Origin: Bugula neritina
Lineage: Eukaryota; Animalia; Bryozoa
NCBI GenBank assembly: GCA_964035545.1
Contig: OZ037770.1
Location: forward strand, 9,554,973-9,618,972
Length of the DNA stretch: 64,000 nt
Reading direction: 5' to 3'
Shown: piece by piece, positions 1 through 58,821 of the stretch
Layout of the letters: every line of letters starts with the position of its first letter
Numbering within the stretch: position 1 is the first letter of the stretch
Translations under genes and position numbers: made by a program
The notes under the pieces: generated by a model
Databases searched by the model: none
What the model saw: the letters and a program-made list of their open reading frames with translations, nothing else
Told to the model about the DNA's origin: nothing

Positions 1-524
1 GTACAATCTGCTGGACAATTATTGCTAGCTACTAATGCACGCAGTTAAACAAGGCAGGACTAGTTAAATAGAATCAACAACTGTACGCAGAATAGACAGT
101 TAGTGTGCTCAGTAGAAGATGATAGCGTTATGCTTATGGATGGAGTTAATTAGCATCGAAAAGGTCAACTCTACAGTGTATGCTATAGTAGAGTTCGACA
201 CTGTCGGATTGTAACTATGGACAGCAGTGGCACCATTAGTAACCACCAATCAGGACAGTCACACTAATTAACAGCAGGTGGAGCTAGCTACTCGTAGTTG
301 CAGTGCGCTGAGTAGCTAGCCGGCAGAGCAGCTTGGGACTTCATTTAGAGTAGTTCTGTATTAAAGCTCACTAATTATGTAATCGTTTTCTATTCATGCT
401 AGCAGTAAATAACCTTCTTGTATTTGTGTAAATAATAAAGTATCTTATCGTAAACAACCTGGTGCAGTGGCTTTGATTAAGTAGACCCACACATAATAAT
501 AGTGAACTGGCAAAATTCACTACA
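1..524 (+). mobile_element. Probable 3' part of an LTR (solo or 3' LTR, Gypsy-like), cut by the window edge
   Basis: GC-richer than its flank, AATAAA near 434, ends AAATTCACTACA at 524, like the AAATTACTACA end of the LTRs at 23451/28363. Followed by ATAG. Confidence 0.4.
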
Positions 525-707
525 ATAGCATAGGTTTAATTAAATGAGACTTGTTTTATTTCAGATTTGAACATTTGATAACTTTATTTTTATAGCTGTC
601 CCCAACGGTCGATGAACATATAAATCTTAATGATCGAATGACTGCATAAAATCCACATAACTATAGAAATCATTAAATTTTTCTTGTATCTTTCCTTTGT
701 TTGCTAG

Positions 708-3700
708 CATGACACTGAGTGTGAGGAATGTAAAAACTATTGGTTAAAAGGTCAGTGTGTAAACCAATGTCCTCCAAACACAACTGCTTCTCAAACAAGC
801 AAAATCTGCGTAACTTGTTCATCAAGTGGAAGTCAAAAAAACGTGAGCTTATATAAGCATCTAACTTTGCGTATTAATATAGTAATGATTAGATTATACA
901 TAAACAACTTAAACACGGTACTATCTTGTTTATTGCTCTATTTTCATGCAGTAATGAACTTTTATCAGACTAAATAATTGCACTCACGAGTTAAGGATTA
1001 CATAAATTAATTTAATTGACCAATTTAAAGAAATGGTTTTGTAGTTTAATAGACTAAAAAAAGAAAACATGTTTACCCATGCCCACACGAAAACTATGTT
1101 GACTTTGCAGCAATGACTTACTTTTAACAGAAATGGTCATTTTTAGAACCTTATCGTTGTAGGATTAAAGAAAAGATGTACAAGTTACAATTGTCATATT
1201 ATGATGGAAATGGTACGCTGGACTGGTTTACACAGTTTCTACCTGGTTGTACAAACTTATGTCAAACGATAAACAATTATCTGCTAGAAATATACAACTC
1301 CACTGGTTCTCTGATAGTTAAGCAACACATTGATTCAAGTAAGAGTTGTTTGATATAATATTTCTTACTTATTGCAAATAAAAATTATAAAAATGCTCAA
1401 AATTATAAAAAAAAATTCATGTAGGCATACATAGATGCTGCAAGAATAAATTTGTTCAATTCTGTGAAAGCGTGTCAAATTGATAAAAATTTCCAATGCA
1501 TTTTTTAACAAAATTCACTTAGGTTTCTATGTAATTTCACACAAACACTATTCATTTTTGACAAAAGTGTACATGTGCAAAGAAAAATAAATGAATATCT
1601 AAAAACAACTTCACTCAGATAACTTTAATTGTGAATTTTTTCTATCTCTTTCAGTTTCTAGTATAGTTAGCAAAAGTATGTGATGCATAATAGCTTATTA
1701 GCAATGATGATCATAATGGCAATGATAACACCAGAAGTGCTATTATATTAACAGCATAACAATTATTTTTAAGAGAAGAGTAATTACACAGTTAGTTTAA
1801 GGTCACACTTTTCATTTTCTGGCTCTTTGCCAGGTGCTTTATGTTCTATATGAACAATGTTCCACTGATAGCTCGAACAGGTTGAATGTCACAGGAACAA
1901 AAAAAATATGAAAAGATAAAGAAACTTATGTTCTCCAATATACTTTTTTATTTTTTTCAAAAACCAATTCATGTTTAAGTTATAGCTTGTTGAAAAACAT
2001 AGTCCCCCTTCCACATTCTTTTCAATTTATACGCTCCTGACTTGTTATTGCGTCTCAATATGCCTTGTATTTGAGTGCTCGTTAGTCTCGCTTCACTAAC
2101 TTTGCCTATACTTCACAAGTGCCAGTGCTGCTGGCTCAAAAGCTAAATGTTAAAAACTGTCAGCTAAAACCCAATCTTGTATTCCTAGGTTGGTTGGCCT
2201 AAATAAAACAATAGTCAAATCATGATTTCATGTTTTAAAAATTTACTCTATTTTAACCTGCTGCCTAGCTATAGTTCTATTTTTGATGTATAATTACAAA
2301 ATTTGTGATACATTTTTTTGGCAACCATGTGATTTATAAAATGCAGTAATGGTACTTATAATATTATATTATTATCATTATAATATATTATATAGTATTA
2401 TGTGTGTTTTTATTATACTGCATAATATCTATTTTATTATTGTTGTTGTGCAAACAAGTGCAATTAACCTAGTTTTCAAAATGTACCTCTAAATTATCAG
2501 AATATCAGTTTAGATATGTTCATGCTTTGTAAGGTAAACCTAAAAAAAGAGGCTGTATTCCCAAAGTAAAGGGTGTTGAACTATGAACTATATTAGATTA
2601 GCCACTCTGCTACCAAGTGCATCAGTATAATATTATATGAATAGCTCTGATGCTTTGTCTCCGGTGGCTGGCTGCGATATGATAACTTGGCCAACTTCCA
2701 AGAGTTTAAAATTGGCGCAATTATTCAAGAGGTTACATACTGCACAGAGCTAGCAGTGATAGTAACCTTGCTATTGGCAGTACTTATTACAACTGCCAGC
2801 ATATAAGCTGCATTGTAGAATGCCGTTGGGGCAGGCTAGTAAAACCAAATTCTGCTCTCTAATATACCTTAGACACAATGCAGCAACACAATTTTTAGTT
2901 TCAAATTACATTTGCCACCCTTACATGAGCTGTGGGCTTCATAAAGATTCATATGATTAGAGATTTATGCTATAGGCCCTATCTGTGCTAGTGTATGATG
3001 AAAAGAACACACCATTGTCAAAGTTAACTTCAAGTATGTTGTTTTCCAGAAACTCAGTAATGTCCATTTATCTCTCGAATACAAATACTTATGTAATACC
3101 ATACAGTTTAAGTTTTATTTTAGAGCACATCTGCAAACTCTACAATAAGAGCTTGCTTTACCAGTCTATTTCAGACCTGTTTTTGTAGCTAATAATACGC
3201 AAGCTACTTATTTTTAAACTTTTGGGTTATTTGTTCAAAACCATTAGCTTTGCTAGTAACCCGAGACTATTGCAACAGTTGACTGCTATCAACATGAATT
3301 GACCGCCTAATAATTATAACCCTTTTGCGCGCGAAATATTTATGTAATGATAGTTACTCATATAGTGCGCGTCTTATTAACGATGACTGCGTGGTCTAGA
3401 GGTTAGAGGCGTCAGCGAGGAGTTGGTTGGTCATGGTTCAACCCTGTTTTGTCGCAATTTTTTTTGTCAACTTATGCAAATCCTACGCATGTATAATAAA
3501 TATGGCTATAATTGTAAAGTTTTTTTTAACTTTTGTTCAACAGTAAGACAACATACATGCATAATAATTAGATGCTGAACACTGGGCTAAACCTTAAATT
3601 GATCTTATAAAATACAATGTACTTAAAATAATCATATGTGAATTAGAGAAACTGAAAGTACACCTGCTGCTCTATAGACAGACCTTTACTGACAAGACTG

Positions 3701-6700
3701 CAAAGTGAAGTGATTTAGCTGAAATTAACTCTGCCAAACAAACAAAGAATTATGTTGTGCTGAGGCATTTTCAATATATTATTGTAACATAGTGAGATGA
3801 TTCAGCTAAGTGCTAATGTAAAACAGGGAACATTATCTTGGCAGAAATCCAATAGATTGCCAATTTGTGCGAGAGGGTACTATATGTTATTGTGATAGCG
3901 CAGAGCGGCAAACGTACTAGGAATGTTATAATTAGTCACAGGAGCGTAGCTAGAACCACCATATGAAGAATTTAGAAAATTGCAGTGAAACTTGCAAAAT
4001 GGTGTATGTTTTTACCAAATTGTGAAGAGCATAAACAGAATTTCAAAAAACAAAGAAAGTATATTAGAGAAAACATATCAAGGAATGTCAAGTTTAACTT
4101 TTAGACTTTATAAAATGAATCCCCTGTGCTACAGCAGTGGAACATGGAGGGTGTAAAATTTTACTTATTATGCAACAACTTTCTCAGAAAATTTTTTATT
4201 GAAAAATTAAAAAAGTATATGAAAGAGGAATGCATGAGCTATCTTTTCATGTAAAATTTGTTAATGTGAGACAAAAACTGTTCGAGCTATCCCCTGGAAA
4301 CCGTTTATATATAACATAAAGCAGTGCTTGAATCTGGAAAGTAATGACCTTAAACTAACTGTGTAAGTGTGTAAGAATTTGTGTTTTTTTCCCAATCTTA
4401 TTTTTATGCACTAAAATAGCGGTTAGAATGATATATTTCTTTCGAGCAATGTTTTACAGATAACAACAGTGTGGATCTGAAATACCTGATAGATGAATCT
4501 GCTGTGTACAGTTTTGTTCTGTCGCTGAATTCCAGTAAAACCGATCATTTGGCAACATGTCTTCAAGACATGTTTTTCAATTTTACAGGTATACTTTGCA
4601 ATGCTTACACTCTATAGTCTACATGTCAACAATGTGGTCTAAAAGTTTTAATAAATGCAATATGTATTTATGAGATTGTCATTTCATGTTTGATTTTTTA
4701 AAAATGATGTTTTTGATTTTACCGACATAAAAATTGTGTTGCCTAAATATTTTTATTATTATAATTGTCTTTGTATGCGGAATGCTAATCTCTAAAAGTC
4801 TTGCAAAAAATTATGTGTGTTCGTGATTGATAGTAAATTTAAATTTACTACTTGTAGAGCAGAATATCATTCTTAAAACGTTTTTCAGAGTCAACCGGCA
4901 TTTGAATAAATTATTGAAAAAATTTCTTTTAGTGCCACTTAGGTCATAGCTAGATCTACATGCAGTGAAATTTTGCAGGCAAACGTGTCTACATGCACTA
5001 GAACAAAATGTCTTGCTGCATAGCAATATATTAATAATATTTTTATATTATCATTATTCAATATTGTTTATTGAACACAAAGAAAAATGATTATATCCAA
5101 ATGTATAATTTGCTACTATTTGTCATGTATAATGAATAGTTTTATTTCAAAATTATAAAATTACCCTGGCTGCTTCCATCAATTTGCAAATAATTGAAAT
5201 AAAAATATAAAATTTGACTTGCTAAAATTTTTTAGTGAATTTAACCACTATACACGAGAAAGTTTTTACGTGCTTTTTAGTCTGCTAACTATAAGCATGC
5301 ACACTTTTGTTAGCAGTCTGTGCAGAAATCTGCTACCTAGTCCTTGTCCTGAGCCTTAGTAAAAAGTAAATATAATTATGGAAATTCTGTCTAAGCACAT
5401 ATAAACCAACCAGCTAATTTAAACAAATTATGTACTGCTTTTAATAAGTTAATAAACACCAAGATTTATAATACTCATGGTTTGAAATATTTAAACATTT
5501 ATTTTATTTTTGACAAAATATATTATGTTTAACTTTTATCAAAATAAATTTGTTTAAATATTTTTTTCGAAGACTAGCTTTGCAATCATCATTCTAATAT
5601 ATTAGCTAAAATCAAATAAATTAAGTTAAGGCATGTATTATTTTATAAAAGCCATAGATTCATAGCTGTGTACAATAACTAACTCTGATAATGTATTATT
5701 ATGTACTTTAATTATTGGTCAACCAAAAATGAATATACACATTCAGTTATCTATAACTCAACAAAATACCACACATCTATTAACCACTAAAACAGTTAAA
5801 CAAACAAATCGTGTTTCTATATCAAACAATCACACAAGTTTGTAACCTAGTTAATTTCAAGGTAGATATTATTTACCACAGGTCCACTATTAACACCCTC
5901 AACTCTACAGCAGAATACAGATGAAAGGTTTGGTAGAAAAAAAGAGGTCACTGAAAAGACTGACATTAATAGCCCTAAAGACAACAGTAGATTGTTCAGA
6001 GCTGCTCTCATATTGAGCTTGTTGGTTGCCTTTGCTGTGCTGGTAAGAGTTCAAGTGTTATATTGTAAACTGCATAGTGAAATTTTTTGTTGTGACAAAA
6101 CTGAAATCTAACAAGAAGGATATATCCAATTTTTTTAAAGCAATACCTCGTTTGCCATTGGATGTCTGTGAGAAATAGAACATATTGAAGTAAAATACAA
6201 TTATCTGATTTTTGATCTAAATCATCAACTCAGTTTGTTCATATAGTGTCTTGTGCATATATATAATGTGAGTTAGTGAGGGAAATCTGCCTGCATTTTT
6301 TTTCAATGAGCACTCATTAAAAAAATTCTCAACTATAGTCACCTGCGTGAAAAATCTGAAAGTGGAGAAACTTTTATACCAAACTTCTATAAGTAGTAAA
6401 TTCTTGATAATTTTAAGAATTTTTAATAAATCCTAAATTTTCTTACATAGGCAAGCAAAAAATGTTTGTGGTGATTTTAGATTGGAATATCAACCATGGG
6501 CTATATACAGTTTGGCAGAAGTAAAGTTATGCCAATGAATAACTCTGCAGTAAAACATGTTTCTAGAGTAAAGATATACACAGTTAGCTTAACTGCAACC
6601 GATGTGCCTACAATATTTGATACCAGAAGTGCAAACACTCCACAGGATATTGAAGAGCCTACAGACACTGAAATACCAGACATAGCAACAGTCAAAACTG

Positions 6701-7110
6701 ACCCTAAAGATGACAAAAATGAAGAATCTGCAATCAAGAAAGAAATTGAACCAGTAAATGATTCTACGACTTTAAACCAGTCCAAAGCAAAACAAGATGA
6801 TGTTGAAAGAAAGAAAATTCATTTTAAAACTAAAGATAAAAAAGCATTAAAAAGTTCTTCAAAGAAGTTTAATGCAATAGCCAAGGCACAGAAGAAAAAG
6901 GATTCTAGCAAAAGCGCTCAAATAACAAAATCAAAGTCTATACCCAAAAAGACAGCCTCAACAAAAACTATAACACCTAGTAAGAGTGGGTTCTCAAGCA
7001 AACCAAGGAGTATAAAAGAAAAAGTTAAAGAAAATAAAGCAAATATTACCAAAATAAATAAAAAGAAGTTTTTAAAAAAGATTACAGCCATACGTCCACT
7101 TAGTCAGTAG
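708..7110 (+). CDS. 3' part of a paralogous kinase-less EGFR-like receptor. Exons 708-842, 1163-1338, 4460-4588, 5882-6042, 6481-7110; 5' part lies outside the window
   Basis: AG/GT-bounded exons homologous to the last five exons of the minus-strand gene: furin-like HDTECEECKNYWLKGQCVNQCPP; MYKLQLSYYDGNGTLDW; NNSVDLKYLIDESAVYSF; TM helix AALILSLLVAFAVL|IGISTMGYI; Lys-rich tail. Exon 708-842 has one extra A relative to its homolog (possible frameshift). Confidence 0.8.
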
Positions 7111-8710
7111 TATTATTGCCCCATTGCTAATCTAGACTGAATTGTACTCAATGTGTTGTATGTGATGCAATTTGATGTACTGAATTTTCTTAAAGCTAGA
7201 GATATATAAGTCAAAAGGCATGTTGTATATTTCTTATGCTACATTATTTAAAGCCTTTTTAGAGCTTTTATAAGCTTATTTATTGTATTTTTTAAATCCA
7301 AAACCTGTCATTTTGCACAAAAGTATCCTATTGTCAACATCTCCGAATTTATCAAATTGCTTGTTAATATTTTTTTGCAAAAATTAAATTATGCAGTTAT
7401 AAAATATATGCTTATTGCAACCTTTTTAATGGTTTTTGGTAATGTCCTGAAAAGATTAGTACCAACATGCTCCAAAATTTCTTCATCTATTTTATTAAAA
7501 TTTGCATTTCTAACTCTGTCAGCACGATTGATTAAATAATTGGTTAAATATGGTACGTATAGAGCTGTGTCAGTCATTATAACAAACCAAAGAAAGTCAT
7601 GTGACTTATGGTTCAGTTGATGGCCTGATCATTTGCAGCTATACTAAACCAATTTTATAATACTAAACTGACTGAATATACAGTAGTCTAGTAGTTGGAA
7701 TCTTGATAATGGCAATATTATTTTACTGCTCATATAACAATGCACAGTCTACTCTGCCTAAGAGTTTAGCTTCTTATTGTTGGATATTACTGAGCATTTA
7801 TGAAGCAGCATAACCTATATTGTTTATTAGGTTTATTATAGAGCTACATGTTAAAACACACATTGAAACTGAATGTATTTAGGCCATAGCATTCTAGTCT
7901 AATTATATGCTTTAAAATTTCATAGCTTCTCATAGTTTTGTAGCTTATAGCACAAGTGTTCATGAACGACAACTAAAATATATGCCAAGAAAAAACTTTA
8001 ATTTTTTGCATTTTAAAGGCTTCAATAGCTATACTCACTATCTTGATGTCTAAATTTTTGTGACTTAGGCTATTTGTCTTGATGGTTTGTATTAATTTGC
8101 AAGCAATAATTAATAACTTAAGATGTGGAACAAAATATTATGCTGGTTTAACAGGTTAAAAATGCCCTACCGTATAAAATACAGTGTGTATAATATAATG
8201 TAGCTTCAATATGTGGAAAAACCTTGGAATATGAACACCTATCATCTATGACAATTCCTTGTTTTGCTTCAATGATGGTAAAAGATCGTAATTTGGAACA
8301 TCATATCAATTGTTGAAACAATACAATAATAGAGGCACATAATATACATGTATAACTTATTAGAATTGATACAGCATGGCAGTAGTTATATAAACAGTAG
8401 TACAAAGCATGCAACATATTGTCATATATCTCAAAATATGCAACAGAAAGCTGATGTGTCTGATAAAAATGATCTAAAATAACATAAATCAGTTACATTG
8501 CATACATGATACTGACTCAAGCATAGCCAAATCCACCAGCCTTCCTGATTTCTCTGTTATTGTAAGATACTGATTGTTTTTACCAGAACTTACGTTTTTG
8601 GTATTGTGAGTACATGAAGTTTGGGAATGCAGAAAACTGACAGGGAAAACATAATTAGATTGTTGAAAATTTGGTTATGCAGTTACATATAAAAGATATG
8701 ATCTGCTCCC

Positions 8711-52605
<43,895 letters not shown>

Positions 52606-53684
52606 CACTGAATTGAAAACAACGTGGTTATGACCATCTAACTATAGCATTAAAACCAACAGTCAACAAATTTAGGATTTGTCTCAAGTACAACAATGGT
52701 ATTATTTTGAGCTTGTTTACATAATGAGGATATAAAATTATTGAGTTGAAAATCCATTTAGTTAACTTTATTTAAAGCATTAAAATTTAAAGCCAATAAT
52801 GATATTTGATACTAAGTTGCATTTCTTTTGATTTCATTGTAAAGTCCATGTGCACAGGTGTCTAACTGAAGTCATTTATCTAGGTGTATTACTTGAGTCA
52901 TGCATAGTTGTCTAATTGAAGCTACATTATAGTACATAGTATATAGGTATAATAATATATGTGACTCATTTAAGCGCTGCTCTATAACAATTTATAATTG
53001 AAGTAGCATATCAATAAGTTGCTTAATCATTTTAAAATATGTAATAATATAAAACTCACGCCAGCTAGTTTATAGTCACCTTCTCTGTGAAAAAAACTCC
53101 TAATTAAAAGGTTTTTTTTTTATTCTGGGCTAAGAACTTATTTAGATGTGGCACAGGAGCAATTATGACTGGATGCTATTCCTAACATCACCGATGACCT
53201 TTGAAACTAGCATTTTATATTATTATCTATTAAATCCGCATGTCTGATCTGTATTATATAACAAAAACTTGCAAATTGCTTTTATATATGATTCTTCTAA
53301 ATGTAGTATAATGTGATAATTAAAAGTTTTATTCAGAATTAATAGAAATTGTGTTGGCAGATTTCTGTATTTGTACCTTTTTTGATATTCTATATATAAC
53401 AGACCACAGACCACATTTTTATTAGAGTAAAAATCATGATTATATATAGTTAAAGCTCTGTTGTTTTAAAACCTGCAAAATTATAAACCAATAGGTGTTG
53501 CCATGTGATCTGTAGAATACATAAAATGCACATTACAGAGCAAAATTTAGAGTATATGAAAATTTAAAAGATGATGCAAGGGCTGTAAACATTTTACACA
53601 CTCTTCTTTTTTTGAAAAACCTTGATCAACAAATATATTTATTAAAGATTATTTTTGAAGACTTAAACTGTTTTGCTTATATAC

Positions 53685-55031
53685 GTAGGGGTAACGGGGG
53701 GGGGGGGCACAACGATTATAGGGGTACAAAAAGTCGGCCAAATTGTCAGAGAACTTATTGACTTAGAGTTGTGATTTTTTTTCTTAAAAAGATATTGACA
53801 TAATTATTCAGCCTTTGTAGTTTCAACACTTGCGGAACATACGTGTTGAAAAGGCGAGTAAAAAACTGTTTTTACCTACTTTTTGTAAATTTTTTAGGAT
53901 GTCGTTAAAGCTATATAACTTTTTAGGTACACTGAAAGGCAAGAAGCCTATATTTTACTAATATTGTTGCCATTGTTTGTCTCTACATTGCTTAACTAGT
54001 ATAATAGCAAACTCTGAAATAAATTTTCCTTGAGGCACCTTTATGTTCAATTTAGCCATCCGGGGCACAATGGGCCACGCTGACCGAGGCACAATGGGCC
54101 ACCTGATTATTGCACCCTGATCACTGTTATTAGTTTGTTTGCCCAAAAAGTTGGTTGAAATGTTACTAAAATTTATAGATATAGCCATTTATGACCTTTT
54201 TGTAAAATATCAAAGACATCATGGTAAGACTACAAAACTACAAGTTGAAACTCCCCTAATATATACATCTGGTGAGGTTAAAGCTTTGCCATTTTATACA
54301 TAATATAAAACACTCTGCTGTTGCTACTAGTAGATAGTCATGATAATGATTATATATTACACCATTGAGGGAATATACATGTATTTGACTGAAATAAATT
54401 GTGATTTGCTCATTTGCTCCCCCCTCTCCCTTCCGTACTCCAGTCACAAACCTCAGCCATGCATGCACCTTAGCTACAGTTCATAGAAAAAAGTCCACTC
54501 GCAATTTTATAGTACATGTTACTACTGTTACTACATGTTTTTTTTTAAAAAAACGTTCCCCTGAAGTGAAAATAACAGAACATTTTTAGTTCTAAACAGT
54601 AATGATAATGGCACTGCAGAACCGAGTGACGTGCGTTTGATTTTGCCTTCCTCTGCTATCCGTAGTGGCACAAACTGTACAGCTAAAACATGAATTTTGC
54701 TGTAGATCTGAAAGAGTATCTTTATTTATTTGTAATATTAAATAAATAAATATCAGATGTAGCAAAATACGCAAAATTTTAATATATTTGTTGTGTCCTA
54801 CCCAGTGGCCCATTGTAACCCGGTACAGGGGCACAATGGGCCAATTTTTTCGTCATGAAATTTTCATTATTCTGAAAGTTGTGAAAGAGATAGAAACAAC
54901 AAACTGGTACCTGTAATAGACAACAGATGCAGCATTAGGACTAGAAATTATTGAACTAGTAACTTGAAAAACAGACGAATGAGAGCAACAAATGCAAAAT
55001 TCGGCCCGTTGTGCCCCCCCGTTACCCCTAC
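53685..55031. mobile_element. Non-autonomous DNA transposon with subterminal repeats
   Basis: TIR GTAGGGGTAACGGGG..GCACAACG / CGTTGTGCCCCCCGTTACCCCTAC. Internal GGCACAATGGGCCA repeats near 54064, 54088 and 54829, plus an inverted partial copy near 54806. No transposase. Confidence 0.7.
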
Positions 55032-55887
55032 TGAGAAATACATTAAAGCCATCATCCAATGTAATATTTTGATCAATTCTTCAATAATAACTTATTCTGT
55101 TGTGATCGTTAAACCTGCTGTATTGAATCATTGGTTGTGATAGTTTTAGCCTAACATTTTTCACCCAATGCTTCTATCTAATTTTAGTTTCTGTAACTGT
55201 TTTACCTATAATAATATATTCAATCATAACCTATAAGCTATCATGAATATGTTGTACCTATCCTGTTTAATGCACCTTGTTGCACAAGTTGAGACTTCAG
55301 AAAAGATTTTTTGTTATACAATAAACTTATGCCAATAAAAATAATTTTTTTAAAAGCTGCTTGGCAATCAGCAATTAAGCAATACCTTTGAATGAACTTG
55401 TTATTAATTGGCCTCCATTGACATATAAAACTTGAACCAATATTTACTTACTAATAAAACTCACGTAAGTTTATTGTCACTATTCTTGTGAGAAACTTCT
55501 GATGGGAGGGTTTTTGTTATTAAGATTTATTCACATGTGGCACAGGAGCAATTATGACTTAATGCTCTTCCTAACATCACCAATGGCCTTTATTATGGGG
55601 TTCGCACTCATTTCTTTGTGTTTACTACGCCAAATGCTCTCTATAGCCCTTAGACCACGGCTTCCCCTTTACTAACTAACAGTGCCACTGGCAATATACA
55701 GTTATATGCTATAATATGTCACGATTCGCTCGATTTTTGCTAAGTGTGCAGTTCTGGGTAAAAAACAAGTAGATTGAAAATTTATTTACTCAAACACATT
55801 TCATTACCTTTCATGTAAAATACTTCGTGGTTTTTTTCTCTAAGCAAGAATAATAAAACTACTTCATGTTATTATTTTATTTTTGCA

Positions 55888-57433
55888 GTGCTGTTGATAC
55901 AGCTTACAGCTCTGGCTATATTTGGTTACCAGAGTGTCCTCTACAAGAGTTATGTCATGCCAGAATCTCTATTCAACATTTCACAACATGATTTTTGGAC
56001 AGCCATCTTTACCGCAGCTACTGTGGTTTTGACTGCATGTATGAGAAAAGAAAGATGCAAAGCGTTCACATATGATTGTCTAACCAAGAAGTGCTTTGCT
56101 AAAACATGTGTTAACTCTAATCTGTATTCTGAAGGAAAAGGAGATGGTTATTACATCAGAGCTGACGTAGAACGGTTCACCAAATTACTAACTAGAAGTG
56201 AGTGCATTACCTCATATATTATGTATTTGAACTTATAATTTTTTTTAAATGTTTTTCAAGTGAGATGCTTAGTTTTACATTACACTGGAGCAACCTAATA
56301 TCTATATTTTCATCACTTTTAACAACGATTGGAATACAAAAAGACTTTTTCAAACTTCGAAAAAGCAACATTATTAATGAAAGACTACTACTAAAAAGGC
56401 TTTTTACAGCTAAAAGTTTATTTATGCCATAAAACCTTAATGTCAAATTTTGAAAATTATATATAATAGTTTTTTTAGATACAAATCAGCAATGCTGTCA
56501 TTTGTTTATGTAAGTCCGCATAGATTCTACACCTTTGAAGCAGAAATAGCTGTTGATGGAGTTTATGGACTATTAAATACAGCATCTTAATTTGCACACA
56601 GTAAAAAGAACAATAGACCATGGTGGAGGGTAAACTTGGGAACTGTTCGCTGTGTTTGGGCTTTAAACATTTTGAATAGATTCAAACGTAAGTTCAATTG
56701 TTTGGGTGGAGGAAAATAATTATCCTTACATAAATTTGAGCAAAAATTGCGTGGTATTTTTTAAAACTATAAATAGAGACGACTTTTTTTAAAAGCTGAA
56801 TAAAACCGCTTTAATCTTTTTTACAAGAACCTTCATATCAATAAAGATTAAAGTCAAATTTAATTAGCACTCTATTGTGATGCTGTAAATTCTAAAAAGG
56901 TATTGTTCATGCTACCGTCATTTCAAAAATTTACAAAAACTTGAATATAATTCTTTTCTGCAGTTTGTCAGTATGCGTGTGTCATAACCAAATACAAAAC
57001 AAGCAAATAAACAACATGGCTGTTATGCTACATTTTTCAAATAGCCTATATTGTTTGTAATTATAGTTTAGACAAATATGGTATAGGTATTGTGGTATGT
57101 TTTTGTGGGTGTATTAGAAAATTTAATAAAATAAGGAACCATGTAGTATTACCAGAATTATATTTTTCTAGGAGTACCTACGTTCTAGTAAAAGATCAAT
57201 CAACACAGAAGTGACTGTTGCCATGGTAAAGGAAGATATAGAGTTTACTGGATATAACAGAGAAGTTCTCTGTAAATATTATGTTGATGGTTATCCCAAC
57301 AGATACTATATACACTCTGATTACATGCGATCAACCAATCAGTGGCCGCTTTGTTCAGGTTCTGTTCAATGCAGAAACAGTTTTGAACTTTCATGAGGTT
57401 GAAGTTAATGGTTATCAAACAAGAAATTGCTAA
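55888..57433 (+). pseudogene. PAN/Apple-like plus F-type lectin (fucolectin) pseudogene. Exons about 55888-56197, 56479-56687, 57172-57433
   Basis: C...RCKAFTYD....KC (PAN-like); AVDG...AHS...PWWRVNLG...ILNR; CDQPISGRFVQV...LNFHEVEV. In-frame TAA at 56588-56590, an exon 1/2 phase mismatch and a frameshift in exon 3. Confidence 0.8.
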
Positions 57434-57629
57434 ACCTTGTTGCTATAGTAACTCTAGCTGCATCCTTGTATTGTTAATATGGTTGCATGAGGACTATATT
57501 CCTGTGTTTTCTATACTTCATATGAAAACTTATCCTGTCAACATTGTCAACCTTAGTATAGTTGTAGTCAGTAAAAATATTTTTATCAACTAGCTGGGAA
57601 ACTGCGGTTGTAATGTTACCTAAGAAATA

Positions 57630-58067
57630 TTGTCATGGTTAGGGAAAGTATACCCCTCTCTCCCCTGCTAAGCATGATTCTGTAGATTATGGTGTAAATA
57701 TCGTCAAGGACGACAACTTCGCAAGCCATAGCGCGGTCCCATGTGGCGCCCCGTTGTACTTCATGATGACATCGCCGAAATCTTATCCAATCAGGATCCA
57801 CTCTACATATATAAGTAATACTTTCCAGCGTCCACAGCCAGTCTCGGACAGTAGTAGTAGATAACTAGTTAACTACATGTAACACTTTCCGCTCGTGTTG
57901 TTTTTCTCATTATATTTGTGATCGCTTTCATCGTATGTAATTAATTATAATACAGTTATTCATCAAACGCTCAACTAGTTCGGTTACTTTTATAACCTCT
58001 CAAGTAGATATGCAGTAAATACCAGTGCACAATAATGCCCAGATTAGTAATGCATAAAATTACAACA
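57630..58067 (+). mobile_element. Probable solo LTR
   Basis: TGTCAT...ACAACA. Its 3' end AGTAATGCATAAAATTACAACA resembles the LTR end at 23781-23802. Flanks ATAT/ATAC. Confidence 0.5.
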
Positions 58068-58503
58068 ATACTAGAGTTATGGAAAAGCATGATGTGTGCT
58101 GCCGCAGTGACCTTCAACCTCTTAGTCACACCACTCGCTGTCTTGGCTTGTCCCAGTCTAGCCACCGCAGTTTGGCAACCCAACGTCAAGATAACCTTTT
58201 ACCCGAATGCCAGTAAATTCTGTTAAATCAAAACTGTAGGCATTAATCTGCTTAAATTGATATTTACATGTAGGTGTTCATTAAATAAAGTGAGTGATCA
58301 AAAGAACAAACAAGAAACTTTGATATAAAATCATTTCACAGAAGTGAGTATTTGCTATATTAGAGCTCTTCTTTATATTGGCCAAGTGAAGGTCAGGTGG
58401 TCAGGTGATGCATTTACTAAACACTAGTACTTCTATAAGGAAGGTCTACAACACTTTTCAGAAGTACTAGTTTTACCTCATGTACTGATTGTAGAGAATA
58501 TTT

Positions 58504-58821
58504 TGTAGTGGCCAGTGAAGCATAAACGCCATGTGCTCACGAGCCAATCCCCACTGGGCACGTGATTACCCCCCCCCTCCCCGGCGAAGCAGAATTTTTA
58601 TAAATATTAGTTAGTTAGAGCGTGATGCTGAATGTACGAAGATAGATGTTTTATATAATATATGCTAATCACATATTGTACTAGTTTTATTCGTGTAATT
58701 ATTGTGCTAAATAAATTCTCTTCTCTCCTGACTACTCGTTGTTCTGTGTTGAGCAATGCAAAGTGGATAAGTGCAGTATAAACGAATCCCCATACTTATT
58801 ATAATTGTGGAAATTATAACA
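58504..58821 (+). mobile_element. Probable solo LTR
   Basis: TGTAGT...ATAACA, AATAAA near 58710, end ATAATTGTGGAAATTATAACA similar to the other LTR ends. Confidence 0.45.
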
